DNA of 64,000 nucleotides from Amoebophrya sp. A120. Taxonomy: Eukaryota > Protista > Dinoflagellata. The notes beneath the pieces were generated by a model. The model did not search any database. It saw nothing but the letters and a program-made list of their open reading frames with translations, and was not told the origin of the DNA. The stretch spans positions 2,771,217-2,835,216 of the forward strand of contig CAJINV010000002.1 in NCBI GenBank assembly GCA_905178155.1. Direction: 5' to 3'. Made by a program: the position numbers and the translations under genes. This document shows, piece after piece, positions 1 through 13,081 of this stretch (position 1 is its first letter; each line of letters begins with the position of its first letter).

Positions 1-179
1 TCTCGTTTTCAAGGAAGTTTGAGTTTATAATTGCGTTTACCACGCACGACGACCCTCTACGTACTTCAACAACCATCTCGATCTGCAGTTGTAAAAAGCC
101 TATAAGTTTTTCCTATCTGTAAGACGGAAAGAACGCGCTTTCTACAAGGAGTTTCACCAACAACGACCCAAAACTAAAG

Positions 180-419
180 ATGGGTTTTTCCCTCGCGCAT
201 CTCGTGGAAGCGGCGCTGCTGTTTGCGAACGCCATGGCGATACTAAACGAGAAGCGGTTTCTCCGGCAATTCGGGCTGGATCAAGCAATGGTGGGGGGGA
301 ACGCGACAAGTTTGCAGAATCAAGTGGCAACATTCCTGCACGCAATGCGGACGTTCATGAAGTACCCATTGATACTGGGAAATTTGGTGTTTATACTGCT
401 GGAATGTGTGTTTTTTTGA
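180..419 (+). CDS. YOS1: Yos1/IER3IP1-like small ER-Golgi membrane protein (79 aa, intronless)
   Basis: MGFSLAHLVEAALLFANAMAILNEKRFL...QVATFLHAMRTFMKYPLILGNLVFILLE matches the Yos1 pattern (LL..NA.AIL.E.RFL; RT.M..PLI..N). Confidence 0.85.
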   Translation: MGFSLAHLVEAALLFANAMAILNEKRFLRQFGLDQAMVGGNATSLQNQVATFLHAMRTFMKYPLILGNLVFILLECVFF

Positions 420-2655
420 TAAAAGGAGAGCCCTAGCCTGCGCGAGCGTCATGCTGGACGATAAATGATTTAAGTACTTTCGAAGCGACACACATAGAAT
501 AGAAGTAGGCTTTCGCACCACAAGTTTGCGTCGGACCTCAATCGATTTCAGTGCGACCACTGCAAACTAGCACGAGGTGGTACTGAGCCATTTTTTGATC
601 ACTTGTCCGAACAAGTTGATGATGTTCATTTTGATTGGCATTGGTCTCATGTATCAAGAACAATATGACATTTTGTCGCACCTAATTCGGTAGTTGTACA
701 TCTTCTGGCCTTGAATAGAAAAAAGCGCAAAAGCAACTGCATTCGGTTTCCGTTTATTTCTGAATCGCTGCTGCGACATTTGATTTTCGGTTTTTCGTGC
801 GGTTTTTTCATGTGCCTACAACTAGTACAACCAACAACGAGATGAAGGATGGCATTGTGCCAAAAATTTTGCAAAATGACGTCGGTTCGTACAAGAAGGA
901 AGCGAAACTTTTGTCTTTCGCAGCATCAGCCTTATTTCGGTTTTCGTTCTACTACAATAATTTCGTACTAGAGAAAAGGAAATAGAAGAACTTTCGTACA
1001 GAACAACGCGATCGGGATCGCAATCGTGCAGACTTGGCCGCCAAAGGGATCTATATTAGTCCACTGACACTACTTTAACTTTCTCTGTTGCAACAAAAAA
1101 AACGCGCGCCCACAGGAGTAAGTGAGATGCCTCTCCTTACTGCACAAGCACAATGCTGCCCTGCTCGCGATAACTTGCTGGGTGTTTCTTGACCCTGGAG
1201 CTCATGGACGGTAGTTATTTTGATCCCAAGAAAATTATCGCCCGTGCAGCCCGCCGCGCCCGCGCCCCTTGCGACCGAATAAAATCTTCAAACGCTAAAT
1301 AAAAGCTCGACCAAGAAGCGCCTGCGCCTCGTTAGATAAGTAATCGCGGTTGAATTGCTAGCAGGATAGCAAAAGGAGAAGCAGTATTATTCAGATCATT
1401 TTAGATAGGAGTTCGCATTCGTAATATACGCAATCCGCCACCTCCGGAAGCGTGTTCAGAAGTTGTACTGATTTCATTTATATCGGCATTCCCTCCCGCA
1501 GGTATAAATCAGTGAGCTGAGACCCGCCCGACGTCAAACCCCGAACTGTCTTTAGCTTGAAATCTCTACGTAAGTTGTACCTCCATCCTGTTCTTTAAAA
1601 ATCAATCTTTTACCTCCTATCTATACCCAACAGTTTTGTGCCTCAATTTGCATTTTCAAAAAATCTTTTACTGCGCTTCACTTGTTGTAACAATACTATC
1701 AAAACTCCATTATCATAAAGGTGTGTACAACTCTTTTGCAGCTTCACAAACTCAGTTCACGCGCACCCCGTAGCTCTGTAGTTTGTTGAAGTTCTTAGAG
1801 CTGGAAGACAATTTTGATGTAAATCTTTTTTGAATAAATCGTACACACCAAAAAATCATAGATTGCGACAAGAAATAAATTTTGTCTGAGCAAACACAAT
1901 TGACATCACGGTTGGTAGGATCCAAAAATTTAAATTCCAAGAATAAATTCAGGACAAAAGGATCGCACTATAAAATCCGAAAAAATACAACAAATCTACA
2001 TTCGAAAAAAATCTCACAAGATCTGCGAGCAGCGGCGTGTTTTGAAATAAACATCGCAGTTCTTGGGAAGGAGCATAAATTTCTTTTGAGTACACAACAA
2101 CACAAAAATTACCAATAAAACTCCTTACAGTGACCAATAAAAAGCGGCTTTTTGAAAGTTTCGAAGCAGTTCTAACTTACTCCGATAGAGCTTGTTTTCG
2201 AGGCTGACAGAATTTTCGCTGGTCAAAAGTCTCAAAAGAATTTGAGGCGTGAAAGTACAAGTAGAACTTGAAAAAACGAAAGACATAAATCAAGCTAATA
2301 GGCACAAACAGTCGCGTTACTTATTCACAAGCTTGCTTTTTATCGCTAAGAACATCAACTAGAACCCAAATCGAAGAGTTCTCAAACCAATCTTTTTCAA
2401 CACCAAAAAGCTTATTTTCTCAAATACAAAATCACAGAATAACTACCAATCGTGCTATTTGAAATTACAGTATTACTAAGAGAAAACCGCGCTACTTTTA
2501 CGAGCTTTTCGTTCGATAATTGAAGCAGAAACTTTTGGATTTTACAAGTAGAAAAGAGTTTGTATTATCCATAATTCTTACTGTAATATTGATATTCTCA
2601 AAACCACTAGCACCGGCAGAATTTCATATTCTGAGTTTTGTATTTTCTTAAACTA

Positions 2656-2917
2656 TATCAAATGTAAAAATGTCTGGGTCTGGAAGGTTACCAGGTTTGT
2701 CATGCATATTTTACATGACTCAGGATGTCTGTAATGCACGATCTGGCATCACATATTTTCAGAGGCCTTCCTGATGCCTATTCCCCATGACAAATGCCCT
2801 CCCCGCGTAGCACAAACCGGGCTCCTATTGCTGGTCATGCAATACAGATTTTTTTAGAGTCCAGAACTAGCATCACAAGTTCCAACCTTCCAGACCCAGA
2901 CATTTTTACATTTGATA
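2656..2917. mobile_element. Family A inverted-repeat element, outside CDS (intergenic or 5' UTR)
   Basis: TIR tatcaaatgtaaaaatgtctgggtctggaagg / ccttccagacccagacatttttacatttgata; direct repeat aacta/aacta. Confidence 0.9.
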
Positions 2918-3190
2918 AACTACGAATCGCCAAGAGCAAGACCACCGCTCGGTCAAGAGAAAATATTCACTGTTTGATATTTACAGCGACCTGTGCCTTT
3001 AAGATTCATACGAAATTTTCTTGTTAGTTGAAAAGCAAGAGTGCAGCTACTCGTTCAATGGAAAGAACAAGCAGCACAAGAAAGAGTTATAATATCACTT
3101 TTTCTCGGCTCGCACGCGCACGCTCTGTTGTACTTGTAACATCTTCTCGTGGTCTTCCTACCGCTCGGATTCTGCCCCCTACTTCCGGCC

Positions 3191-6126
3191 ATGACAACTT
3201 CTGTTGAGGCCGCTGATAGTACAAGGAACAACAACACCGAGCAAGAACTACCAGTAGATCAATCTAGCGCTCTCTACGTCTCTAAATCTATCGCCCAGGA
3301 AAACAAGCTTTCTCAGCGCAGTTCGGAGCCCACCACTGGTACCCCCAGCACGGTTGGCAACGACATTTTGCTGTCTCGCGAGCAGCAGAGCTCGTCCACG
3401 AACTCCGGAGCCGAGGATTCCATGTCCTCCGCGACCGCCGCCGGCTCCACCCCGGCAGCCATGAAGCTGCAAGCCGACACTTCTGATCTGACCCCGACGA
3501 CGGTCGCTCATGGGGATGTTGCGGGTGCTGGTGACATCACGCCCGTTACACCCGCGCCGAAGGCAGAGCAGGGGAAGAAGGCGGAAGAGGAGGAGGAGGA
3601 GGAATTCTTGGTGTGCGAAGAAATTCCGGAACCAGGTATTGAAATTTTTGAGGTGCTATAATCCGCTTCTTGAATTACGTGCTGTTTCATTTTGCCAACA
3701 ACGACAAGGTGATACCTTGGAGCATGAAAATCTTCACACTACATTTTTCCTAAATCCTATATCCCCAAGACCCGCGGAACAAGACATTTACAGACACCGG
3801 AAAAGTTAGTAGATCTTTATTTGGAACCGAACTGAAAGGAAATCTAAATCTTCAGCAACGTGCTACACGACATCACTCTTCAGGTATGCGCAACATCCCG
3901 TTGATCAACGGTGTGGCGCAAGTTCGGGACGAAGACCTGGTCGGGGACGGCTCCGGCGACCAAAACATCTCCACCATTTCCGCGGATGAGGTCCGGGAGG
4001 AACTGAACCGCATCAAGATGCGCCTTCCCAAGCTGAAATTCGAACTGGAGACCCCGGAGCACATATGACAGTGCACAACTCCCCCTCCCCCTCTATTGTA
4101 TAGCATGAACGGCAATACAAGCATCCGCAATAATGCCGGTTTTGCATGACAAATCTGCACTGGAGTTGTGTAGCGCGATTTGGGCACTACCAGAAGTTGT
4201 CATGCATAATAGTGACAAGGACAAAGCGTGGATTTGGTATTTTGCATGAGAAATGAGAACGAGGGGGGGTTGTGCACTCTCATAGCACATCCAGATGCTC
4301 CGCGATTTCCGGACCGAGCCGTGTGACTTGCCGCTGAGGCAGTGCTTGCAGAAACGGGGCAAGGGGTGTCTCAAGTACCACAACTCCCAGCACTTCCGCC
4401 GCCCGTTGCTGCAGGAGGATGGGTATCAAATGCAAAAATGTCTGGGTCTGGAAGAATGCGCGATTTGTCATGGAGTTTTTCCAAGCTCCACCAAGTCTGG
4501 AATGCAGGGCCTAGCATCACAGGTTTTGCAGCCCCTTGGTGATGCCCATTATGCATGAGAAATGCCATCTCAGCATGGCGAGAAATGGGGACCTTTTGCA
4601 AGTCATGCAACACAGATTTTTGTATGATCCGCAACACGCATCACAAGTTCGCATCCTTCCAGACCCAGACACTTTTGCATTTGATAACGGGGAGACGCTG
4701 GCGTACTTCGACATGCTGTGTCGATTCGGCGACAACTGTCCGTTGATGATGGACTGCCCCTTTGCGCACTCGAAAACGGAATTGTTGGTCCACCCGGCGA
4801 AGTTCAAGACGCGGTGCTGCGACAGCTTCAAGTGCTTCGACGACAACTGCTGCTTCGTCCACGAGGGGGACCGGGACCGGCGGGAATTCGCCGTGCACTA
4901 CTCGTTTGTCACGGAGGCGCACCCAGATGACTTCCAGCCATTGACCTGCATCCCGGGGAATGAGAATTACGTCAAGCCGAGGGGTATGATCTTTTTATTT
5001 ACTGGTTGAATTATCTTCATCGAAGTTGACGTTCATCTTGTGGTTCACAAATGTCTAGCATGTGTCTACGTGGTCTTTAATTCTAAAACACAATCACAAA
5101 TGTGCATTAAAAATCCTGTGCTTCTCTATGGAACAACAATAAATGCCAATGAAATTATATCACAAATCAAACTCTTACTCTTTAACTTTATCAGGCGGCA
5201 AGCTCTGTGGTTCGTACCCGAACCCCTCCAACTGCCCCTACGGCACCCGGTGCCGGTTCGCGCACCGGCGCCAGGAGCTTGGGAACCTCCTTTTCCGCCC
5301 GAGTGAGGAGAATGTCCAGGAGATTACGGATGAATTCTTAATTCTGAAGTACAAGACCAAATGGTGCCCCCACCTCTACCAGCACAACTGGACCTACTGT
5401 GTGTACGCGCACAACTACCAGGACTACCGGCGGAACCCGCAGGTCGGCTACGGCCCCGTGCCCTGCCCGTTTTGGGATCCCCGCGACACGGCGAAATCCA
5501 GCTACAACGACCGGTGTAAGTTCGGCGCGCAGTGCCCTTTTTCCCACGGCTCGAAGGAGCGGGCGTACCACCCCCTGAACTTCAAGGTCTCCACGTGTCA
5601 GGACATTGGGCCGGGCGAGGACCGGGCGGAGTGCACGCGCGAGCCCTTCTGTGCGTTCTACCACAACGACTTGGATAAAAGACCGATCGTCCCCCACGTG
5701 ATGAACTATTCCAAACCCTTACCGATTGAGAACTTGGTGAAGTACCTGCAGAAGGACTTTTTCGACGCCGGGATCGGGTACAACCACAACGCCAAGCGGT
5801 TGAATATGCATTGCAAAAATGTCTAGGTCTGGAAGGTTGCAACTTGTGATGCTGCATTTGGATACTACCAAAATCTGTATTGCATGAACAACAAAAGAGG
5901 TGCAGTTTTTGCCACGGCGAGTAGAGGGCATTTGTTCTCATGCGGTATAGGCATGAGGAAGCCCTCACAAAATCTGTGATGCTAGAAGGGCATGCATCAC
6001 AGACGTCAGGAGTCATGCAAACTGTGCATGACAAACCTTGCATCCTACTTCCAGACATCCAGGGATATTTGCATTTGATATCGAACCAGAACGAACGGCT
6101 GGAGATCTTGAAGTCGGCGACCTTGT
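3191..6126 (+). CDS. Unkempt-like CCCH zinc-finger protein, copy 1 (cut by the assembly gap)
   Basis: Exons joined across GT-AG introns 3636-3883 and 4984-5194 and elements at 4064, 4424, 5805 give multiple CCCH fingers (FRTEPC..C..C..YH; CPFAHSKTELLVHPAKFKTRCC; YKTKWCPH..C.YAH; CPFSHGSKERAYHPLNFK). Confidence 0.8.
4064..4284. mobile_element. Family B intronic element
   Basis: TIR tatgacagtgcacaactcccc / ggggttgtgcactctcata; repeat gcaca/gcaca; removal gives ETPEHIQML in frame. Confidence 0.9.
4424..4686. mobile_element. Family A intronic element
   Basis: TIR tatcaaatgcaaaaatgtctgggtctggaag; repeat atggg/acggg; removal gives QEDGETLAYF. Confidence 0.9.
5805..6080. mobile_element. Family A intronic element, internal orientation opposite to the 4424 copy
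   Basis: tatgcattgcaaaaatgtctaggtctggaag...catttgata; repeat ttgaa/tcgaa; removal gives KRLNQNERLE. Confidence 0.88.
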
Positions 6127-6329
6127 TATTTTGAGGAAAAACGTCCCCACCCCAGAGTTGTCATGTAAATCTGCATGCCAAAAAAGTTTCTCTTGCGGAG
6201 CCCCATGAGAGCCGTTTTCTAGTCGTGTTTTGGAATTTGTGATGCTAGAATCGGCATGATGTGCTAGATCTGTGATGCTTCGGAACTAGCTAAACTGGAT
6301 TACACTACGAGGGCAAACTTGTCATGCGG
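6127..6329. mobile_element. Family F element truncated by the gap (complete at 16018-16296)
   Basis: Left TIR tattttgaggaaaaacgtccccac. Confidence 0.85.
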
Positions 6330-6429
6330 NNNNNNNNNNNNNNNNNNNNNNNNNNNNNNNNNNNNNNNNNNNNNNNNNNNNNNNNNNNNNNNNNNNNNNN
6401 NNNNNNNNNNNNNNNNNNNNNNNNNNNNN
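6330..6429. other. Assembly gap (100 N)
   Basis: Run of N; left side ends inside a family F element, right side starts in a family A right TIR (6430-6459). Confidence 1.
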
Positions 6430-6459
6430 TTCCAGACCCAGACATTTTTGCATTTGATA

Positions 6460-9421
6460 CCGGGGCGGCGGTCGCGATTGTCTCCCCGAGTAACGAGGGA
6501 TCGAGCGCTATCCAAGAAAAAAACTGTGTAAGTGTAACTTTGTGTTGCAGACGATGCAAGACAGTCACAACTGTCATGCTGGACATGCAACAGAGGCACT
6601 TTTCGTACGTGTTTTCACGTACTAGCTACGCATGACAGGTTTTCTCTGTCATGCAGGGCAGACTTGTGATGCTGTTCCTCCAAGAAAGTTACACTTACAC
6701 AGTTTTTTTCCTGCATAAGCGCTATCGCAGGAAGGAAAAAACTGTCTTTGCTTCTCAAACCCTTGCAATCGCTGCACTTTTACGATGACACGCAAAAAAA
6801 TTTGTGATGCGTCACATGATGCTGCGAGAGAAATGAACAGGCATGAAGCGCCGGCCTTTTCCTGCATGATGTCCTCGAGCATGACAAAAGACTGTCTCAA
6901 CAAGGACGTTCCGCATTTATAATACAAGTTGAGACTGAGACACGAGTTTTTCTTTTTTCTCACGATAAGCCCGACGGATGCGAACACTTCGAGTACGACG
7001 ACCGCGGAATATCAAATGTAGAAATGTCTGGGTCTGGAAGAATGCATGTTTGTCATGCTTGTCTGGCATGACTCTTAAATCTGTCATACACGTTACCCAA
7101 GAGCCGCATTTTTCTGTCATGCGGAGACGCAGTTTGTCATGCAGAATAGGCAACACCTACAAGCTCAGAAATTTGTCATGCAGAGCCAGCACTTGTGGCC
7201 CCCTCATGCTACGCCACTCAGCATCACAAGTTTCCAGACATCCAGACATTTTTGCAGTTCATACGGAAGGCGCTGGGTCAAAATCTTCTTCCAATAACAG
7301 TAATGAACAAGCAATTCTACTGGGCCGCAATCCCTCGTCTTCCAATTCTCCGCAGCCTTATGAAATGCAAAAGCATCGTACTAGTATAAATCGCATGAAA
7401 AATTTCCTCAGCATGAGAAAGAACATTTGTAATGCGGATTTAACCTGAGAAAGAAACTTGTAATGCATGAATGCGATTAGTACGAGTACGATACTTTTGC
7501 ACAGAATAAGCCTTCGCCAAACACCATGACGAGTTCCAATTTTAACCCGTTCGAGCAAATATCAGGTGCAAAAGTATCCTACTCGTCGTATAAATGCATT
7601 ACAAATTATTTCCTAAGCATGAGAAATGAAATTTGCAATGCGGATTTACCTTCAAGAGAAAGATTTGTAATGCATGACTGCAATCACTACGAGTGCGATA
7701 CTTTTGCACAGGATAGCAAAGTCAGCAGAGCTCGGGGATGACGGTGGGGACAGCATTAGCGTTTGAAAATGAGGTATCGCGAGAAAAGATTGTTTCACGG
7801 TGAACTTGTGATGCATAGAATGAATGGAGCACAGAGCTACTTAGTCGTCTTGCTACACCTGCAAGAGGACTACACCGGAGCTCTATAGCATGTTTTCCGT
7901 TCTTGGTTGGAAGCACGCATGGCAAATTCATCTCTTCTTGTGTAAACAAAGACAAACTTGTGATGCAGACCTTGCAAAATTATCACAGTGAAACAGTTTT
8001 TTCATGCGATATGAGGAGCGAAAGTCAAGAAATTCCTCTCGGCCGGGGACAACGAAGTCTGCTGCTACTATGCAAGACAAATTGGACCAATCGATCGGAA
8101 CTCAGTTTTCCAAAACGGACGGGTCTTCCGTCGGCGGGATCTTCAATATGAGGGTACACAACAGCTCCTCCTCGTTCTCATTTCTCGTGCAAAATACCCA
8201 ATCTACGCTTTGCCTCCTGTCACTATCATGCATGACAAGTTCTTCTGGCAGCTGGTGCCCAAATAGCACTACACTCCTGTCCAGATTTGTCATGCAAAAC
8301 CTGTATTCTTGCTGACGCTTGTGTTGCTGTCCATGCAATACAGAGCGAGGTGGACGGGGAGTTGTGCACTTTCATATTGAAGCTGTTAGGTGGTGACGAC
8401 CACGACGAGGATGAGGACGACGACATCCTCGCTGCGATCTACGACCCGCATCACAGATCGTATCGCCAGAAAAAACTGTTTCACTGTAAACTTGTAATGC
8501 AGAATATGTATCTCAAAAGTGTTTGTCATGCTACTCATGCAAGACAGTAGATTTTTCGCTGTGCGTTCCCTTACGAGCCTTGCATGGCAAATTTTCTCTG
8601 TCATGCAGAACAAACTTGTGATGCAAAACGTGCAAAATCCTTACAGTGAAGCACTGTTTTCGTACGATAGATCGAGGCAGGAGATGAATGAGGCAGAAGA
8701 AGAGGGCGGGTATAACGTCGACGGAGCTGAAGGGCAGGATTGGTCTGACGAAGCGGAAACTACGCTGGGCGATATTCTTCGGGCTAGTAAAAATGACCTC
8801 CTTGATCCCCCGCAAAGCCCAACTGCAAACAAATTCCAACCGCACTCGCCGAAAAAGCTTTCCCCCGAACAGTTGCGAAGTGCGAAACTGTTGGATGAAG
8901 AGCTCCAGGCTAGTGGGTTGAAGCAGTCGCGTCGCAACTCTACTATTTCCAGCACGACCAGCAGTCCGGACGGTAAGCTAGGAGCTTTGACTAAAGACGA
9001 GAGAGAACGGTTGAAGATAAAGAAGAAGCACGAAGAGAAGCTGCAAATGGAGGAAAGGATATCCATTTGCTGCAAAAGGTGTATCGCACTGGAACAAACA
9101 AATTTTGATATGCAGTCTCGCATGACAGTACCTTTTTTCTATGCCTGAATCTGCATTACAAAGAGACAGAAGTCGATTTTTCCCTTTCAGTAAAGTTGTA
9201 TTGCGGTTTTTACCTACTGCGTGCGATCACGCTTTTGCGAGGCATAGAGGATCAACAGTGACAAGTTCCGGGAGGAGGAGGAAAATTTCAAGGCTTTGTT
9301 TAAGCAGAAGTACGCGGTTGTGAATTCCAATACGCATCTGGTAGAAACCTCGCAAAGAATCACGAAGAAGATCGACGACTTGTTTAGCAAAGCCTTCGAC
9401 AGCATAGAAGAGGAGGATTGA
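6460..9421 (+). CDS. 3' part of a hypothetical low-complexity/coiled-coil protein interrupted by 9 elements
   Basis: Removing elements at 6509, 6723, 7010, 7359, 7560, 7775, 8147, 8461, 9060 gives one open frame (GAAVAIVSP...ERINSDKFREEEENFKALFKQKY...IEEED*). Confidence 0.75.
6509..6717. mobile_element. Intronic element, singleton family; first of a stacked pair
   Basis: tatccaagaaaaaaactgtgtaagtgtaactt / aagttacacttacacagttttttttcctgcata-type TIR; repeat agcgc/agcgc. Confidence 0.85.
6723..6967. mobile_element. Intronic element, singleton family; second of the stacked pair
   Basis: tatcgcaggaaggaaaaact...agtttttcttttttctcacgata; repeat agcgc/agccc. Confidence 0.75.
7010..7263. mobile_element. 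Family A intronic element
   Basis: Family A TIR; repeat cggaa/cggaa. Confidence 0.88.
7359..7508. mobile_element. Family C intronic element
   Basis: tatgaaatgcaaaagcatcgtact / agtacgatacttttgcacagaata; repeat agcct/agcct. Confidence 0.9.
7560..7715. mobile_element. Family C intronic element
   Basis: Family C TIR; repeat gcaaa/gcaaa. Confidence 0.9.
7775..8011. mobile_element. Family H intronic element
   Basis: tatcgcgagaaaagattgtttcac / gtgaaacagttttttcatgcgata; repeat tgagg/tgagg. Confidence 0.88.
8147..8376. mobile_element. Family B intronic element
   Basis: tatgagggtacacaac / gttgtgcactttcata; repeat ttcaa/ttgaa. Confidence 0.85.
8461..8669. mobile_element. Family H intronic element
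   Basis: tatcgccagaaaaaactgtttcactgtaa / ttacagtgaagcactgttttcgtacgata; repeat gatcg/gatcg. Confidence 0.88.
9060..9246. mobile_element. Degenerate intronic element
   Basis: TAT...ATA ends, weak TIR (gcaaaag/cttttgc), repeat aagga/gagga, frame restored. Confidence 0.7.
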
Positions 9422-10070
9422 TATCAGATTGTATAAGATTTCGAAGTCTGTAGTATGTTGCTATTAAAAAAAATAAAATTGGACTTGGAGCAGAAGAAAG
9501 AAGAAAAAATCCTATCCTTATACCTGCGAGGGCTACACGACGTCGGACCTTTACGCTACAACTCAAGGAAGTTGTCCTGATTATAGCCTCAGGCTGACCA
9601 ACTCTAACATTGCTGGGAACGAGAATTATGAAACATGTAGTACAACCACAAGGATCTTCATCGCAGCAAATAAGGGTGTTACTACTACAACGCATCCCGT
9701 TCTTGCAGCGCTTCCTGCTGCGCTAGCAAATATGATTTGCCGATCCGAGATAGATCTGTGTTCCATTTCAACATCTCAACTGATGCTGCCAAGTCAGTAC
9801 CACACAAACACAGCGACACACAACATAGACGACATGCTAGATCATTTTTTACACGAGGAGGAGCTGCACCAGTAGTGCTCTACTGTGAAGATCTCGTTTT
9901 CAAGGAAGTTTGAGTTTATAATTGCGTTTACCACGCACGACGACCCTCTACGTACTTCAACAACCATCTCGATCTGCAGTTGTAAAAAGCCTATAAGTTT
10001 TTCCTATCTGTAAGACGGAAAGAACGCGCTTTCTACAAGGAGTTTCACCAACAACGACCCAAAACTAAAG

Positions 10071-10310
10071 ATGGGTTTTTCCCTCGCGCATCTCGTGGAA
10101 GCGGCGCTGCTGTTTGCGAACGCCATGGCGATACTAAACGAGAAGCGGTTTCTCCGGCAATTCGGGCTGGATCAAGCAATGGTGGGGGGGAACGCGACAA
10201 GTTTGCAGAATCAAGTGGCAACATTCCTGCACGCAATGCGGACGTTCATGAAGTACCCATTGATACTGGGAAATTTGGTGTTTATACTGCTGGAATGTGT
10301 GTTTTTTTGA
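10071..10310 (+). CDS. YOS1: Yos1/IER3IP1-like protein, copy 2
   Basis: Identical to 180-419. Confidence 0.85.
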   Translation: MGFSLAHLVEAALLFANAMAILNEKRFLRQFGLDQAMVGGNATSLQNQVATFLHAMRTFMKYPLILGNLVFILLECVFF

Positions 10311-12546
10311 TAAAAGGAGAGCCCTAGCCTGCGCGAGCGTCATGCTGGACGATAAATGATTTAAGTACTTTCGAAGCGACACACATAGAATAGAAGTAGG
10401 CTTTCGCACCACAAGTTTGCGTCGGACCTCAATCGATTTCAGTGCGACCACTGCAAACTAGCACGAGGTGGTACTGAGCCATTTTTTGATCACTTGTCCG
10501 AACAAGTTGATGATGTTCATTTTGATTGGCATTGGTCTCATGTATCAAGAACAATATGACATTTTGTCGCACCTAATTCGGTAGTTGTACATCTTCTGGC
10601 CTTGAATAGAAAAAAGCGCAAAAGCAACTGCATTCGGTTTCCGTTTATTTCTGAATCGCTGCTGCGACATTTGATTTTCGGTTTTTCGTGCGGTTTTTTC
10701 ATGTGCCTACAACTAGTACAACCAACAACGAGATGAAGGATGGCATTGTGCCAAAAATTTTGCAAAATGACGTCGGTTCGTACAAGAAGGAAGCGAAACT
10801 TTTGTCTTTCGCAGCATCAGCCTTATTTCGGTTTTCGTTCTACTACAATAATTTCGTACTAGAGAAAAGGAAATAGAAGAACTTTCGTACAGAACAACGC
10901 GATCGGGATCGCAATCGTGCAGACTTGGCCGCCAAAGGGATCTATATTAGTCCACTGACACTACTTTAACTTTCTCTGTTGCAACAAAAAAAACGCGCGC
11001 CCACAGGAGTAAGTGAGATGCCTCTCCTTACTGCACAAGCACAATGCTGCCCTGCTCGCGATAACTTGCTGGGTGTTTCTTGACCCTGGAGCTCATGGAC
11101 GGTAGTTATTTTGATCCCAAGAAAATTATCGCCCGTGCAGCCCGCCGCGCCCGCGCCCCTTGCGACCGAATAAAATCTTCAAACGCTAAATAAAAGCTCG
11201 ACCAAGAAGCGCCTGCGCCTCGTTAGATAAGTAATCGCGGTTGAATTGCTAGCAGGATAGCAAAAGGAGAAGCAGTATTATTCAGATCATTTTAGATAGG
11301 AGTTCGCATTCGTAATATACGCAATCCGCCACCTCCGGAAGCGTGTTCAGAAGTTGTACTGATTTCATTTATATCGGCATTCCCTCCCGCAGGTATAAAT
11401 CAGTGAGCTGAGACCCGCCCGACGTCAAACCCCGAACTGTCTTTAGCTTGAAATCTCTACGTAAGTTGTACCTCCATCCTGTTCTTTAAAAATCAATCTT
11501 TTACCTCCTATCTATACCCAACAGTTTTGTGCCTCAATTTGCATTTTCAAAAAATCTTTTACTGCGCTTCACTTGTTGTAACAATACTATCAAAACTCCA
11601 TTATCATAAAGGTGTGTACAACTCTTTTGCAGCTTCACAAACTCAGTTCACGCGCACCCCGTAGCTCTGTAGTTTGTTGAAGTTCTTAGAGCTGGAAGAC
11701 AATTTTGATGTAAATCTTTTTTGAATAAATCGTACACACCAAAAAATCATAGATTGCGACAAGAAATAAATTTTGTCTGAGCAAACACAATTGACATCAC
11801 GGTTGGTAGGATCCAAAAATTTAAATTCCAAGAATAAATTCAGGACAAAAGGATCGCACTATAAAATCCGAAAAAATACAACAAATCTACATTCGAAAAA
11901 AATCTCACAAGATCTGCGAGCAGCGGCGTGTTTTGAAATAAACATCGCAGTTCTTGGGAAGGAGCATAAATTTCTTTTGAGTACACAACAACACAAAAAT
12001 TACCAATAAAACTCCTTACAGTGACCAATAAAAAGCGGCTTTTTGAAAGTTTCGAAGCAGTTCTAACTTACTCCGATAGAGCTTGTTTTCGAGGCTGACA
12101 GAATTTTCGCTGGTCAAAAGTCTCAAAAGAATTTGAGGCGTGAAAGTACAAGTAGAACTTGAAAAAACGAAAGACATAAATCAAGCTAATAGGCACAAAC
12201 AGTCGCGTTACTTATTCACAAGCTTGCTTTTTATCGCTAAGAACATCAACTAGAACCCAAATCGAAGAGTTCTCAAACCAATCTTTTTCAACACCAAAAA
12301 GCTTATTTTCTCAAATACAAAATCACAGAATAACTACCAATCGTGCTATTTGAAATTACAGTATTACTAAGAGAAAACCGCGCTACTTTTACGAGCTTTT
12401 CGTTCGATAATTGAAGCAGAAACTTTTGGATTTTACAAGTAGAAAAGAGTTTGTATTATCCATAATTCTTACTGTAATATTGATATTCTCAAAACCACTA
12501 GCACCGGCAGAATTTCATATTCTGAGTTTTGTATTTTCTTAAACTA

Positions 12547-12808
12547 TATCAAATGTAAAAATGTCTGGGTCTGGAAGGTTACCAGGTTTGTCATGCATAT
12601 TTTACATGACTCAGGATGTCTGTAATGCACGATCTGGCATCACATATTTTCAGAGGCCTTCCTGATGCCTATTCCCCATGACAAATGCCCTCCCCGCGTA
12701 GCACAAACCGGGCTCCTATTGCTGGTCATGCAATACAGATTTTTTTAGAGTCCAGAACTAGCATCACAAGTTCCAACCTTCCAGACCCAGACATTTTTAC
12801 ATTTGATA
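12547..12808. mobile_element. Family A element (duplicate of 2656-2917)
   Basis: Same TIR and aacta repeat. Confidence 0.9.
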
Positions 12809-13081
12809 AACTACGAATCGCCAAGAGCAAGACCACCGCTCGGTCAAGAGAAAATATTCACTGTTTGATATTTACAGCGACCTGTGCCTTTAAGATTCAT
12901 ACGAAATTTTCTTGTTAGTTGAAAAGCAAGAGTGCAGCTACTCGTTCAATGGAAAGAACAAGCAGCACAAGAAAGAGTTATAATATCACTTTTTCTCGGC
13001 TCGCACGCGCACGCTCTGTTGTACTTGTAACATCTTCTCGTGGTCTTCCTACCGCTCGGATTCTGCCCCCTACTTCCGGCC

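Larger units (their letters stand above)
1..6329. repeat. Copy 1 of a >=6.3-kb near-identical duplication (copy 2 at 9892-16220)
   Basis: ORF track repeats with offset 9891; the only difference I noticed is 6290 C vs 16181 G; copy 1 ends at the N gap. Confidence 0.95.
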
